Notes under the pieces: generated by a model
The model's database searches: none
Seen by the model: the letters and a program-made list of their open reading frames with translations, nothing else
Told to the model about the DNA's origin: nothing
Translations under genes and position numbers: made by a program
Shown: piece after piece, positions 32,620 through 43,830 of the stretch
Position numbering within the stretch: position 1 is the first letter of the stretch
How the letters are laid out: the number at the start of each line of letters is the position of its first letter
Assembly: GCA_965226055.1 (NCBI GenBank)
Contig: CBDDCA010000006.1
Span: 576,001 to 640,000, forward strand
Direction of reading: 5' to 3'
DNA: 64,000 nt
DNA from: Spirochaetia bacterium
Lineage (GTDB): Bacteria > Spirochaetota > Spirochaetia > WTKD01 > G963693115

Positions 32620-33710
32620 AAAGAAATATATTGATCAAATATATTTCTGGAAACAAACAGTTTTTTATATTGTTCTCCTTCCTTTCTCGCTTGCTCTTGA
32701 ATATCAGTATAATGCTGTGCAAAGTAGTATATTTTCTCTTGTACCTCAGCTGCATTAGAAAAATTAACAAACCATATGGAATGTTCCCCTACTATCTCCT
32801 TAAATACAGCAAGTGGATTCACCAGTACAGGAACCCCTGCAATCAATGCTTCATATAACACTAAGCCAAACCCTTCGTTAATAGTAGGATACACAATAAG
32901 CTGTGATTGCCGTATAAGAGCACTAATATCTCTCCGATACCCCAAAAAAGCAACATGAGATATGTTGTTTTGTGCCACTTTTTCCTTAAACTCCTGTTCT
33001 AAAACACCAGTCCCTGCAGTCCAAAAAGCAGGAGAAACTACTGTTTTTTGAAAAAACATAGTCCCTTGCAAAGACATCTTTTTTACCAACTCAAACCACA
33101 GATCATATCCCTTGCCTTTCACAAATCGATTTATAGTACCAATAGTAAAAACATGATGCTGAAACAGATGTTGTGATGAAGCATATTCATTATTACCTGT
33201 TTTATGAGTAGTAAACACAGGATTATATATTGTACGAACAGGACGAGTACGATACATTGACTGATTAAAACGATAACTTGCTAAAGCAGTACTTGAGACG
33301 GCAGTAATTCCATCAAATTTTTTATGAAATAGCCCAATAAATAATCGTGTTACAAAATTCAAATAATTTTTTAGATTATGAAATGTAGCAAGTAACTTCA
33401 TACGCTTGTGTTTACTGAGAATACCAATAATATATGCTCTTCCTAAGTGACAATGTACAATATCTGCTTTACACTGTTTCTGAAGGGTTCGAAATGCAGA
33501 CACTCCTTTACATATCTGCCAACGATGACACAATAAGCTTGTTATCATAAAAGGAAATTTTTGATATTCACGTTGTGCCTCTTCTGATATATATTCATGA
33601 CAGACTACTGCAACAGAGTGATTTTTTTGATACAAATACTCTGCAAACTTTAATAACTGCGTTGTTACCGCACTGTCCTCTAAAGAAGTAGTAAAGAGTA
33701 TAACATTCAT
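32595..33710 (-). CDS. Glycosyltransferase family 4
   Basis: DIVHCH, FLGYRRD, EGFGLVLYEALIAG. Confidence 0.88.
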   Translation of the reverse strand: MNVILFTTSLEDSAVTTQLLKFAEYLYQKNHSVAVVCHEYISEEAQREYQKFPFMITSLLCHRWQICKGVSAFRTLQKQCKADIVHCHLGRAYIIGILSKHKRMKLLATFHNLKNYLNFVTRLFIGLFHKKFDGITAVSSTALASYRFNQSMYRTRPVRTIYNPVFTTHKTGNNEYASSQHLFQHHVFTIGTINRFVKGKGYDLWFELVKKMSLQGTMFFQKTVVSPAFWTAGTGVLEQEFKEKVAQNNISHVAFLGYRRDISALIRQSQLIVYPTINEGFGLVLYEALIAGVPVLVNPLAVFKEIVGEHSIWFVNFSNAAEVQEKIYYFAQHYTDIQEQARKEGEQYKKLFVSRNIFDQYISFYKDCCIS

Positions 33711-34552
33711 ACTGATTTTTTTTTGTTTCGGAACATATTATTACGAAAATACATATACATTTTTTCGGGCATGAACGAGCGCAGTATCTTTCTGCTATAT
33801 ACCTGAACAATATACCACATCATTTTTACAGTATACAAGGATGATGTATAATATGTTTGTTGAATTCTGTGCCGTTCTCTTAACGCCTGTTTCCATTGCA
33901 TATTTGATACTCCAACACCATCTATAATAGCCACCAATGTATCAAAAAAACAAACAGTATGTCCATCATGCAATAGCCGTGCAAACAAATCAGTGTCTCC
34001 ACAAATTTTGTAACTGGTATCAAACATATATCTTTTTATCACCTCTCGTTTCATAAAAATACCCTGATGGCCTGCAGGCATAGCAAAAGGCATCTTTTTC
34101 TCACTTACTGTGTTTCTTACTATAGTACTTCCTTTATAAGACTCAATAATAGGAGCACAAATAATAGAGTGATGCATATTTTTTTGATGACACGCATTAC
34201 AGGAGACAAAGGCACTCAGTATGGTAGTATTGAAAAATATATCTCCTCCATTCAGAAAATATATCCATTTGCCTTTACTATAAAGAATTCCCTTATTCAT
34301 AGCATCATATATTCCCGTATCTTGTTCAGAAACATACACATCTGGCGTATACTGTACTATAACATCTTCAGTAGAGTCAGTGGAGGCTGCATCAACTACT
34401 ACTACTTCAAATATCTCTTTTTCACAATTTTGTGCATAGATAGAGTGCAATGTTTTCTCTAACCCTACTGCATTATTTTTTACCACACAGACTATGCTAA
34501 TCAATGGTGTAGTATCTTTTATTACACCATTGCTTTTTCTCTCATCATTCAT
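33707..34552 (-). CDS. Glycosyltransferase family 2 (WfgS/WcaE-like)
   Basis: VVVDAASTDST, DTGIYDAMNKG, FLNGGD, HQGIF. Confidence 0.9.
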   Translation of the reverse strand: MNDERKSNGVIKDTTPLISIVCVVKNNAVGLEKTLHSIYAQNCEKEIFEVVVVDAASTDSTEDVIVQYTPDVYVSEQDTGIYDAMNKGILYSKGKWIYFLNGGDIFFNTTILSAFVSCNACHQKNMHHSIICAPIIESYKGSTIVRNTVSEKKMPFAMPAGHQGIFMKREVIKRYMFDTSYKICGDTDLFARLLHDGHTVCFFDTLVAIIDGVGVSNMQWKQALRERHRIQQTYYTSSLYTVKMMWYIVQVYSRKILRSFMPEKMYMYFRNNMFRNKKKSV

Positions 34553-35640
34553 ATAACTTCTTTTAAGACAGCCTCAAGTGTATCTACATCAACATAAAAA
34601 TTACTTTTATGCGTATCGGCTCTGTCCCCTTTCGCAAATAAGTAATAATAATCAAGAGACATTGCACTAGCAAGAGAAAAATAACAGTTATTACGCGAAT
34701 CATTTTCTTTTCGAATTTCAATTACCTTACTTCCCTCATTCATCCATATCATATTGGTAAGCGCTGCTCCATGTAATCCAACTATAACATTCGCTTTGTT
34801 ACATAATAACGCTTGTTCCCATACACTATATTTTCCTGCTTCCACATATAAAAACCCATATTTCTTAAGCAAAGGAAGCACTTCTTTTTCATTTTTAAGA
34901 TACCGATATTTAGCGTCCTTTCGAGAAAAATAAATACGTAAGGGACTATCTCCTTGAATAGCACTCCCTACCTTATTTTGTAACTGTCGAATATATGTGC
35001 CATTTTCAGCAAGATGCTGTAACATTTTTTCACGAATTGCATACATAACAGCAGGTCGATAATTTCCCGAACCAGAAGGCTGTGCAACACTCGGTATAGA
35101 ATAGAGTGTTTTAACCCTTACTTTACGCCAATAAGGAACAATAATCATCTCATTATCCTTAAGAAATAACCCTAATGTCTCAAATGCATATGATTTCAGA
35201 GCTTTTTCAGGAAAAATAATAGGCAATTTCTTAAAAGCAGTGTCAGAAGAATCAAAAAGAACAATAATTTTAGGTAACACATCTGCAATCCAATGAAAAT
35301 ATGCATGAGAATCTAAATCAGTCAAAAGTATTGCTGCTTTATACACTTTATTGGTAGAAAACAAAGAATGAAGAAATGATCGTATTTTCCAATACATCTT
35401 TGATATACCAAACTGTGATCTATTATTAAACAGTAATCGCTTTCTTTTTTTTGAATCTCTATAAAACGCTAGGCCATGCCCATCAACACTTACATTCTGG
35501 TACTGTAATACAAATACTTCATCAATACCACATTCCCATACATTATTATTTGTAAAAATAGCACTATCAGAATCTTTCAAATTCTTTGGTTTTGATAGAG
35601 GAACATGTACTTTCTGTAATAATAATTGAATTTTTTTCAT
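34549..35640 (-). CDS. Glycosyltransferase family 61 (DUF563)
   Basis: YFHWIADVLPK, RIYFSRK..RYLKNE.E, VGLHGAALTNMIW..VIEI. Confidence 0.88.
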   Translation of the reverse strand: MKKIQLLLQKVHVPLSKPKNLKDSDSAIFTNNNVWECGIDEVFVLQYQNVSVDGHGLAFYRDSKKRKRLLFNNRSQFGISKMYWKIRSFLHSLFSTNKVYKAAILLTDLDSHAYFHWIADVLPKIIVLFDSSDTAFKKLPIIFPEKALKSYAFETLGLFLKDNEMIIVPYWRKVRVKTLYSIPSVAQPSGSGNYRPAVMYAIREKMLQHLAENGTYIRQLQNKVGSAIQGDSPLRIYFSRKDAKYRYLKNEKEVLPLLKKYGFLYVEAGKYSVWEQALLCNKANVIVGLHGAALTNMIWMNEGSKVIEIRKENDSRNNCYFSLASAMSLDYYYLFAKGDRADTHKSNFYVDVDTLEAVLKEVI

Positions 35641-35651
35641 ACTATTATCCG

Positions 35652-37538
35652 TTATTTCTGAAAAGACAAGAGCTGCGTATAGTTTCCTTCAAAATCTACA
35701 TTTCCTTTCGAAAGAGAATATATACGATCACATTTTGATAGGGTATTAACACGATGAGCAATAATAATAATAGTTTTATCCCGTCCTATTCTATCAATAG
35801 CAGACTGCACTTCTTCCTCAGTCTTTGTATCCAAATTAGAAGTAGCCTCATCAAATACAAGAACACTGGGATCCCTATACAAAGCTCTTGCTATACTCAT
35901 CCTTTGTTTCTGTCCACCACTAAGATTTTTACCAAAATCACCTATGGGAGTATCCATCCCTTGAGGAAGATCTTGCACTGTTCCCCATAACAACAGCTTT
36001 TTCAAAATCATCTCTACTTTTTTTCTATCAATAGTATCTGGCTCTTCACCATATGCAATATTATTCACAATGGAATCATCAGATAATAATGCTTCTTGTG
36101 GCACATATCCAATATGTTTCTGCCATCCTCTTTTATTATCAAATATATTTTTTCCATCCACAAAAATATTTCCTTTTTGCGGACATAAAAAACCCATAAT
36201 AATATTACACAATGTAGTTTTTCCTCCCCCAGATTCTCCTACAAACCCTATTCTTTCCCCTTTATGTATTGTAAGACATATTCCCCGTAATACTTTACTT
36301 TGCTTTATAGTATGTTCGCTTTTATCTTTCTGCTCTTGAACATTCTGAGATTGCACAGGATAACTATAATGCACTTTATGTACTTTTATTGATTCATTAA
36401 AAGAAAATGGCTCATATGTACCTGCATGTACCTCCTCCTTTTCCTCATGCTCCATTATATGGACATACTCATTATATATCACAGTAAAATTTACTTCCTG
36501 AGCACGTACAGAGGCAAGATATCCTAGTATACGTATCCATGCAGGAACAATCCGTACAAGTGCAGCAGCAAGCAAAATAAATGTAGTTATTGCTTCTTTC
36601 ACTAAAGCAGAATCACTTGCAATATAGCTTAAGTACACCACAACAACGACCACTGTTACAAACTCTATGATAACTTTATACAGAGCTTTGTATACTTCCA
36701 ACATTGAAGTTGATTTCATTATGTCATTCTGTATACTATCAATATTACGAATAAGATGTTTCTCTAAATGATACAATTTGTTAAACATAAATTGAAAAAA
36801 ACCTCTAAACACCACCCTATTTTTAGCAAGCAACGATTTTTCAAGTACCCTCGAAGCATGTGTAATATATTTTTTAATAAAGACATTGACTACCATTCCA
36901 AGAACAATAACCCCTAAAATACCTCCCATAAGCACAGGCGACCATATAAATAAACTTACTCCTATAAAACATAAGAAAATTACATCATTACAAATAAGAA
37001 GCACTGCCCTTAAAGTACTTGAGATCTCATGTGTAAGCCCAAGCACATGAGTATAGAGCGAAACATTTTTTCCTAAAAATTGCGCATACGGCATAGTCAA
37101 GTATGAGAGAAAAAATTTTTTATACACATAATTCTGTGCACTGTAAGCAAAGATATTTATTCTATATTCTAAAAAGAGGCCAAGTAATAACCGTAAAAAA
37201 TAAAAACAAACAAACACAGCTCCCAATAATATAACCAGCTGAATAGGGGAACTTAAATGTAAGTATGCATATACCTCCCGAGAAGTAGTAATAATAAATT
37301 GCTGTAATACACTAAAAGAAGATATATCTTGAGATACATCAAAATACGAAATATTGAGTACCAACGAACCAAGAGGAACAATTAAACCAAGCCCTATCAG
37401 AGAAATAAGAGATTGAATAAACATAAACAAAAACATCCATAGAATATTTTTTTTATAATCTCCAATCAAAAATAATAAAACCTGTATTACATAAAAACGC
37501 TTAGGGATACTGTTCTTCTTGTTTTCTTGAAATTCCAT
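35652..37538 (-). CDS. ABC exporter (TMD plus NBD), PglK/HetA-like glycan flippase
   Basis: N-terminal TM domain with external loop; GESGGGKTT, IGYVPQ, LSGGQKQR, FDEATSNLD. Confidence 0.85.
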   Translation of the reverse strand: MEFQENKKNSIPKRFYVIQVLLFLIGDYKKNILWMFLFMFIQSLISLIGLGLIVPLGSLVLNISYFDVSQDISSFSVLQQFIITTSREVYAYLHLSSPIQLVILLGAVFVCFYFLRLLLGLFLEYRINIFAYSAQNYVYKKFFLSYLTMPYAQFLGKNVSLYTHVLGLTHEISSTLRAVLLICNDVIFLCFIGVSLFIWSPVLMGGILGVIVLGMVVNVFIKKYITHASRVLEKSLLAKNRVVFRGFFQFMFNKLYHLEKHLIRNIDSIQNDIMKSTSMLEVYKALYKVIIEFVTVVVVVVYLSYIASDSALVKEAITTFILLAAALVRIVPAWIRILGYLASVRAQEVNFTVIYNEYVHIMEHEEKEEVHAGTYEPFSFNESIKVHKVHYSYPVQSQNVQEQKDKSEHTIKQSKVLRGICLTIHKGERIGFVGESGGGKTTLCNIIMGFLCPQKGNIFVDGKNIFDNKRGWQKHIGYVPQEALLSDDSIVNNIAYGEEPDTIDRKKVEMILKKLLLWGTVQDLPQGMDTPIGDFGKNLSGGQKQRMSIARALYRDPSVLVFDEATSNLDTKTEEEVQSAIDRIGRDKTIIIIAHRVNTLSKCDRIYSLSKGNVDFEGNYTQLLSFQK

Positions 37539-37560
37539 ATTTACTAAATGTAACTGTACC

Positions 37561-38511
37561 TCATGTATAAAATTTTGAAAACCATTCTATAGTCCTATCC
37601 AGCCCTTCTTGTAAAGAAATCTTTGGCGACCAATCTAGTATTGATCGAGCAACACTAATATCTGGCTTTCTCACTTTAGGATCATTTTCCATAATTTTTT
37701 TATATACACTCTCTAGTGTCGGATACCGTTTTTGCATAATACTTGCTAGTTCTTTAATACATATTTCTTCTGTATTTCCTAAATTTATAGGACCAGTTAT
37801 CTGTGTATCTTTTAAAAATAAAAATTTCACGATACCGTCCACAAGATCATCAATAAAGCAAAAACTACGGGTTTGAGAACCATCTCCATAAATAGTAAGA
37901 GGTTTTTTTTGTATAGCAGCATCAATAAAATTACTTATTACTCTCCCATCATCTCTTTCCATAAAAGGGCCATAAGTATTAAAGATTCTAATTATTTTTA
38001 TGGGTGTATTATATGTACGCCTAAAATCAAAACAAAGACTCTCAGCTACTCTTTTTCCTTCATCGTAGCAAGAACGTATTCCAATAGAATTTACATTTCC
38101 ATAGTAGGTTTCTTTCTGAGGATGTTCAAGAGGATCTCCGTACACTTCACTTGTAGAGGCATGTAACAAAGGAATGGTATGCTCTGTAGCATACTCAAGG
38201 GCATGGAGCGTTCCCAAAACACTCACTTTTGTAGTATATACAGGATCTCTCAGATACACAGGAGGGCTTGCAGGACATGCAAAATTACACACTGCATCGC
38301 AGTTTCCTATGTCAGAAACAAACGTATCCCATGATTCAATGATATCTTTTTTGATAAAAGAAAATTGTTTATATTGTAACAAATGCTCTATTTTTTTATT
38401 ATCACTAGAATAAAAATTATCTATACCAACAACAAAGTGGCCTTCATCTAATAAACGCTTGCACAGATTTACTCCAATAAAACCTGCAGCACCAGTAACG
38501 AGAACACGCAT
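37561..38511 (-). CDS. uxs: UDP-glucuronate decarboxylase (UDP-xylose synthase)
   Basis: TGAAGFIG, ACPASP, STSEVYGDP, RSCYDEGKR, RIFNTYGP. Confidence 0.92.
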   Translation of the reverse strand: MRVLVTGAAGFIGVNLCKRLLDEGHFVVGIDNFYSSDNKKIEHLLQYKQFSFIKKDIIESWDTFVSDIGNCDAVCNFACPASPPVYLRDPVYTTKVSVLGTLHALEYATEHTIPLLHASTSEVYGDPLEHPQKETYYGNVNSIGIRSCYDEGKRVAESLCFDFRRTYNTPIKIIRIFNTYGPFMERDDGRVISNFIDAAIQKKPLTIYGDGSQTRSFCFIDDLVDGIVKFLFLKDTQITGPINLGNTEEICIKELASIMQKRYPTLESVYKKIMENDPKVRKPDISVARSILDWSPKISLQEGLDRTIEWFSKFYT

Positions 38512-38574
38512 TTCTTTATTTTACTATAATTAGTAAGAATTTTGAATATGGTATAATCAAAATAACTACCTTTT

Positions 38575-40083
38575 ATGAATTTGACAGCAAAATACCGCAT
38601 TATATTTCTACTAATAAGCATATGTGTTACTTCTAATGTTCTTGCACAACAAAATCTTGATCAAGAATACACACATACATACTATATTAAAGATATTACC
38701 TATGTCATTACAGGATCAGTGACAGAAGCAGCACTTACATTAAAGCTATCTTTGAAAAAAGATATAGCATTTGATTCTCAAAAAATGTTATTAGACTATA
38801 TCTACGATAAACGATCGCGATTAAAAAATTTAAGACAGCTAACATCTTCCTCTACTATGGTATTTAATTCTCTTTGGAATGAACAAGAAAATCGCTTTGA
38901 TGTAGTACTCACCATTCATGCTATTGCAGACTGGACTATATTTGCACTCCCTTATTTTAAGTACTCAGATAACTCTGGACTACTGTTGAGTGGACGAGGA
39001 AGAGATTATAATTTTTTAGGATCACTTGAAACATTACGTATAGACTTAAACTACACTCTTAATGATACCCTTGCTGAATACGAATTATCTACCAGTTTTA
39101 AGTACCCCATAAAAATAAATGAACATATCATTACTCCTGGAATAGAAGAAACTCTTTCATGGCAAAATGATGATTTATTTGAAAACAAAACAAAATTTAT
39201 CTTAGATTATTCATACCCCATAACAAGCTACCTCACTTTCCTTTCTGGAGCATCACAAAGATTTATTTCAAGAGGAGGAAACACAGAGCAACCAGAGATT
39301 TACTCGTATGCTAATAGTGTCTTCTATTTTGGATCAAGCATCTCCCTTAATAAATCAATACTTCCTATAGTAAATATATTTGTGTACTCTCCTAAAATAA
39401 CAGCAGAACTTCGTTACCCATTGAACGATCTTACTCCTATAGAAAATAATACTTATAGCGATCTACTGTCTACATTTTCACATGATATATCGTTTGGAAG
39501 AATAGACTGGATACAGAATTTACGACAAGGTATTTCTGTTTCTCTTGGAAACGAAATTCAGTATCAAAAAAGTTATACAGGATTTAACATTGATATAGAT
39601 CTTGAATCACAAGGGCATCTTGCTATAAATGATAGCATCGGTTTGAGTACTCGTGCATATTTTGTACAAAATTTTTATCATAGACCACACCACGAAGACA
39701 GCCTCTTTAGTACAGGCACTAACTTAGCTACCCGAGTACGGGGAGTGCTTGATGATAAATTTGGAGATGCAATAAGTGGTATGGCATTTAATATGGACAT
39801 ACTATTTAATCTATTTTCTTTACGTCCTTTATTAGTTGACGAGGTACAGCTAGGGATATTTTCTGATGTTGCATTACGAAAACAATATGAAACAGAATTT
39901 AACGCAGACAAAGACATAAAAGTTACTGCAGGAATCACAGTAATCATATTTTCAATCTATCGCAGTTTACATTTACGTGCATCCTTAGGATCCGATATAC
40001 TGCAAGCAAAAGAAGAACAACTTTCACTCTCATCTTTATTAAGAAACAGAGAGTTGTTTATCGGTCTTAATCTATTTTATTAA
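38575..40083 (+). CDS. Putative outer-membrane beta-barrel protein (possibly Omp85-like)
   Basis: Signal peptide, WTIFALPYFKY..RDYNFLG, amphipathic strands, aromatic C-terminus LFIGLNLFY. Confidence 0.6.
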   Translation: MNLTAKYRIIFLLISICVTSNVLAQQNLDQEYTHTYYIKDITYVITGSVTEAALTLKLSLKKDIAFDSQKMLLDYIYDKRSRLKNLRQLTSSSTMVFNSLWNEQENRFDVVLTIHAIADWTIFALPYFKYSDNSGLLLSGRGRDYNFLGSLETLRIDLNYTLNDTLAEYELSTSFKYPIKINEHIITPGIEETLSWQNDDLFENKTKFILDYSYPITSYLTFLSGASQRFISRGGNTEQPEIYSYANSVFYFGSSISLNKSILPIVNIFVYSPKITAELRYPLNDLTPIENNTYSDLLSTFSHDISFGRIDWIQNLRQGISVSLGNEIQYQKSYTGFNIDIDLESQGHLAINDSIGLSTRAYFVQNFYHRPHHEDSLFSTGTNLATRVRGVLDDKFGDAISGMAFNMDILFNLFSLRPLLVDEVQLGIFSDVALRKQYETEFNADKDIKVTAGITVIIFSIYRSLHLRASLGSDILQAKEEQLSLSSLLRNRELFIGLNLFY

Positions 40084-40084
40084 A

Positions 40085-40972
40085 TTATACTACTGTTTCA
40101 TTTCTTTGAGCAGAATGAATAATAGAATCAAACGGAGATAGCTCATTAAAAATATAAAAATGTAATTGTGGTGTATACTTTTTTTGCAACAACTCTTTAC
40201 TTTGTTGTTTACACCAATCTTTTCCTAAGATCAGAGCTTCATGTTCATTATTGTGATATACATCACGCATAAGCTGGTAAGGAATAGTAGTACCTAATGA
40301 TAATGAGCTCATTTTTTCTATATGCTGCTTATTTTTAAGATAGGTAATGCCTGGAATAATAGGAATATCTATACCAAACAGAGAACAACACTGAACAAAA
40401 TTATCGTAGTGTCTATTATCAAAAAATAATTGTGTAATAATATAATCTGCTCCTGCATCCACTTTTTGCTTTAAGTGTTGCATAGCTACAATAAAGTTAG
40501 GCTCTTCATGATGCTGCTCAGGATATGCAGCTACCCCAACACTGAGATCCTTACAATACTCTTTTACATATGCTACCAACACATGAGCATGTGTTGCTTG
40601 CACTTCATGTTTATATTCGGAGTCAGGGAGATCTCCACGTATAAGAAATACATTACGAATGCCTAATGATATATACTCCTTAAGGAGCGTATCTAAACTT
40701 CCATCAATAAGAGAAAATACTGCAATATGAGGAATAAGCACAACTGAAGGAATTTCCCTACGCATTCTATGAACTAACTCTAAAGTAGGAGCACTATCGC
40801 CTGGCTTGCATGTAACATTAACGGTATGTATTCCCAACGTAACAAATGTATTGACTATATTCAATAATTGTTTTGTTTTCTCTTCAGTTTTTGGAGGAAA
40901 CACTTCAATAGAGAAACGATGCTGCAGTGAACTAATATATTCTAACGCTGATGTATCAATAGTATATTGCAA
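40085..40972 (-). CDS. metF: 5,10-methylenetetrahydrofolate reductase
   Basis: SIEVFPPK, IRGD, VAAYPE.H, KVDAGADYIITQLFFD. Confidence 0.92.
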   Translation of the reverse strand: MQYTIDTSALEYISSLQHRFSIEVFPPKTEEKTKQLLNIVNTFVTLGIHTVNVTCKPGDSAPTLELVHRMRREIPSVVLIPHIAVFSLIDGSLDTLLKEYISLGIRNVFLIRGDLPDSEYKHEVQATHAHVLVAYVKEYCKDLSVGVAAYPEQHHEEPNFIVAMQHLKQKVDAGADYIITQLFFDNRHYDNFVQCCSLFGIDIPIIPGITYLKNKQHIEKMSSLSLGTTIPYQLMRDVYHNNEHEALILGKDWCKQQSKELLQKKYTPQLHFYIFNELSPFDSIIHSAQRNETVV

Positions 40973-40975
40973 AAC

Positions 40976-42151
40976 TTATACCTGTGAGAGTAATTTTTCT
41001 ACTAAATCTATTTTTTCCCATAAAAAATCCTTCTCATTTCTCCCAAAATGACCAAATACTGCCGTCTTTCTGTAAATAGGACGCAATAAATCCAATGTTT
41101 CAATAATACCTGCTGGAGTTGTATCGACTATCTTAGTGATAATACGTGATAATGTACTGTCAGGCAACTTACCAGTACCATAGGTATCAATGTATACACT
41201 AACAGGAGTATCAACTCCTATTGCATAGGCAAACTGAATAACACATTTATCAGCAAGTTTTGCAGCAACAATATTTTTTGCTAAATAACGTGCCATATAC
41301 GAAGCACTTCTGTCAACTTTTGAGGGATCTTTTCCACTAAATGCACCTCCTCCATGCCCACACATCCCCCCATAACTATCAACTGCAGTTTTTCGTCCCG
41401 TAAGACCAGTATCAGCATATGGCCCTCCCAGAACAAACCTCCCAGTAGGGTTTATATGAAACTTTGTCTTTTTATCTAAATATCCTGTAGGAGCAAGCAC
41501 TGGCTTAATGATTCTCTCAATCAAAATATTCTTTATATAAGAATAGAGTAACTTTTTCCCATCTTTCTCATCATCATGCTGATGACTGAGCACTACTGTT
41601 TCTACACGTTTAGGAACATTATTCTCATAACGCATGGTAACTTGACATTTTGCATCTGGACGTAACCAGTACAATTCTGTATCTCTTTGTGCCAATGTAT
41701 TTGCATACCGCAATATATTGTGACTTAACATGATTGGTGCAGGCATTAACTCTTTTGTTTCATTACATGCATACCCAAACATAGTGCCTTGATCACCAGC
41801 ACCGAGCTTAACATTGCCATGCGCATTTACTCCCTTTGCTATATCTTTACTTTGTTGCCCAATACTCACAAGCACCGCCATACTTTTCGCATCAATACCG
41901 TATTGAGAAGAAGTATATCCAATATCATATACTACTTTTCTTGCTACCTCTTCAAAATTAACCCATGCATCTGTGGATATTTCTCCTCCAATCACAAGGT
42001 ATCCACGCGATATAAACACTTCACAGGCTACTCTACTATATTTATCTTTTGCTAAACACGCATCAAGTATAGTATCCGATATTTGATCTGCTATTTTATC
42101 AGGGTGACCAGCACTTACTGATTCTGATGTAAATAAATGTTGCATACTCAC
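40976..42151 (-). CDS. metK: S-adenosylmethionine synthetase
   Basis: FTSESVSAGHPDK, GAGDQG, GGGAFSGKDPSKVDRS. Confidence 0.97.
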   Translation of the reverse strand: MSMQHLFTSESVSAGHPDKIADQISDTILDACLAKDKYSRVACEVFISRGYLVIGGEISTDAWVNFEEVARKVVYDIGYTSSQYGIDAKSMAVLVSIGQQSKDIAKGVNAHGNVKLGAGDQGTMFGYACNETKELMPAPIMLSHNILRYANTLAQRDTELYWLRPDAKCQVTMRYENNVPKRVETVVLSHQHDDEKDGKKLLYSYIKNILIERIIKPVLAPTGYLDKKTKFHINPTGRFVLGGPYADTGLTGRKTAVDSYGGMCGHGGGAFSGKDPSKVDRSASYMARYLAKNIVAAKLADKCVIQFAYAIGVDTPVSVYIDTYGTGKLPDSTLSRIITKIVDTTPAGIIETLDLLRPIYRKTAVFGHFGRNEKDFLWEKIDLVEKLLSQV

Positions 42152-42155
42152 TTTC

Positions 42156-43622
42156 CTAATATCTATAAAAATCAGATTTCATCTGTTGTTTTTTTGTAAG
42201 TCCAATATATGATAATTGTTCTTTGCTTGCTTTACTGAGCATAACACCAAGATGATCAAGATGAAGCCGTGCTACTTCTTCATCAAGTATCTTAGGTAAT
42301 ACATATACCTTTTTATCTAACGATTTTCGGTGTTCCCATAAATACAGTTGAGCCATTACTTGATTTGTAAAACTCATACTCATCACAAAGCTTGAATGTC
42401 CTGTTGCACACCCTAAATTAGCAAGACGTCCTGCAGCTAACAGAATAATACTATGCCCATCCTTAAACTCATACTTATCCACTTGTGGCTTTATGGTATG
42501 CTTGATAATTGAAGAATCATCATTCAACGCTTTTACCTGTATTTCATTATCAAAATGTCCCATATTACACACTATTGCATGATCTTTCATTTTTTTCATA
42601 TGAGAAAGAGTAATTATGTCTTTATTCCCAGTTGCAGTAACATATATATCGGCTTCTTTCAATGCATGTTCTATTGGACGAACAAAAAAACCATCCATAG
42701 AAGCCTGTAACGCACAAATAGGATCAATTTCAGTAACAATAACCCTTGCTCCTTGAGACTTAAATGCACGAGCACAGCCCTTTCCTACATCGCCAAACCC
42801 ACATACAACTACACATTTCCCTGCAATCATACTATCTGTTGCTCGTTTAATTCCATCTATAACGCTTTCTTTACATCCATAGAGATTGTCAAACTTACTT
42901 TTTGTTACAGAATCATTTACATTTATTGCAGGAAAAAGTAGCTTCTTATGTGTTTCCATATGATATAAACGATTCACTCCTGTTGTCGTTTCTTCACTTA
43001 CTCCTTCTAAATGCTCTAAACATCGTGTCCAAAATGTAGCATCTTGTGTATACCGCTGTAATAATACTCTTTTCAGCTCTTTCTCATCATCACTATAAGA
43101 AGGAGTATGCACCCACTCATCCCCTTGCTCAAGAGAATATCCCTTATGAATCATAAGAGTAGCATCACCACCATCATCAACAACAAGCTGAGGTCCGTAC
43201 AAAGCTCCATTGTTGCCAGAAAATGTAAGAGCTTGTAATGTTTGTTCCCAATACTCACTTAACGTTTCTCCTTTCCAGGCAAAGACAGCACTCCCTTTTG
43301 GTTGCTGTATCGTCCCTTTCATACCTACCACAACTGCAGCTGCAGCCTCATCTTGAGTAGAAAAAATATTACAACTCGCCCAACGAACCTTTGCTCCTAA
43401 TACACTCAGTGTTTCTATAAGAACCGCAGTCTGCACTGTCATATGGAGACTCCCTGTAACGCGAATATTGTATAAAGGGCGTATAGTAGCATATTTCTTT
43501 CGAGTGTTCATAAGCCCAGGCATTTCTTTTTCTGCAGACTGTATTTCTTTGCGTCCCCAACCTGCCAACGATATATCTGCTATACAAAACTCTAATGATT
43601 GTTTCTTTGTATTTTTATCCAT
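42156..43622 (-). CDS. ahcY: Adenosylhomocysteinase
   Basis: [42 protein letters not shown]. Confidence 0.97.
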   Translation of the reverse strand: MDKNTKKQSLEFCIADISLAGWGRKEIQSAEKEMPGLMNTRKKYATIRPLYNIRVTGSLHMTVQTAVLIETLSVLGAKVRWASCNIFSTQDEAAAAVVVGMKGTIQQPKGSAVFAWKGETLSEYWEQTLQALTFSGNNGALYGPQLVVDDGGDATLMIHKGYSLEQGDEWVHTPSYSDDEKELKRVLLQRYTQDATFWTRCLEHLEGVSEETTTGVNRLYHMETHKKLLFPAINVNDSVTKSKFDNLYGCKESVIDGIKRATDSMIAGKCVVVCGFGDVGKGCARAFKSQGARVIVTEIDPICALQASMDGFFVRPIEHALKEADIYVTATGNKDIITLSHMKKMKDHAIVCNMGHFDNEIQVKALNDDSSIIKHTIKPQVDKYEFKDGHSIILLAAGRLANLGCATGHSSFVMSMSFTNQVMAQLYLWEHRKSLDKKVYVLPKILDEEVARLHLDHLGVMLSKASKEQLSYIGLTKKQQMKSDFYRY

Positions 43623-43830
43623 TTTTATTGCTTCTTTCTTACTATATTACTATTGATTATTATTATTGATGCTATAATCATATAAACCAAACAATATATA
43701 TTTGTATTATACATTATACCATAGTTTACTATGTATTGTACAAATGCTACCATTATATAGATACATAGTGTAGTAAATCACAGTAACTAGACATTAAATA
43801 ACATACTTCCTATACTTACAATAGGATACC

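Noticed and set aside
43623-43830. SAM or SAH riboswitch upstream of ahcY
   Set aside because: Very AT-rich, with no recognisable aptamer consensus.
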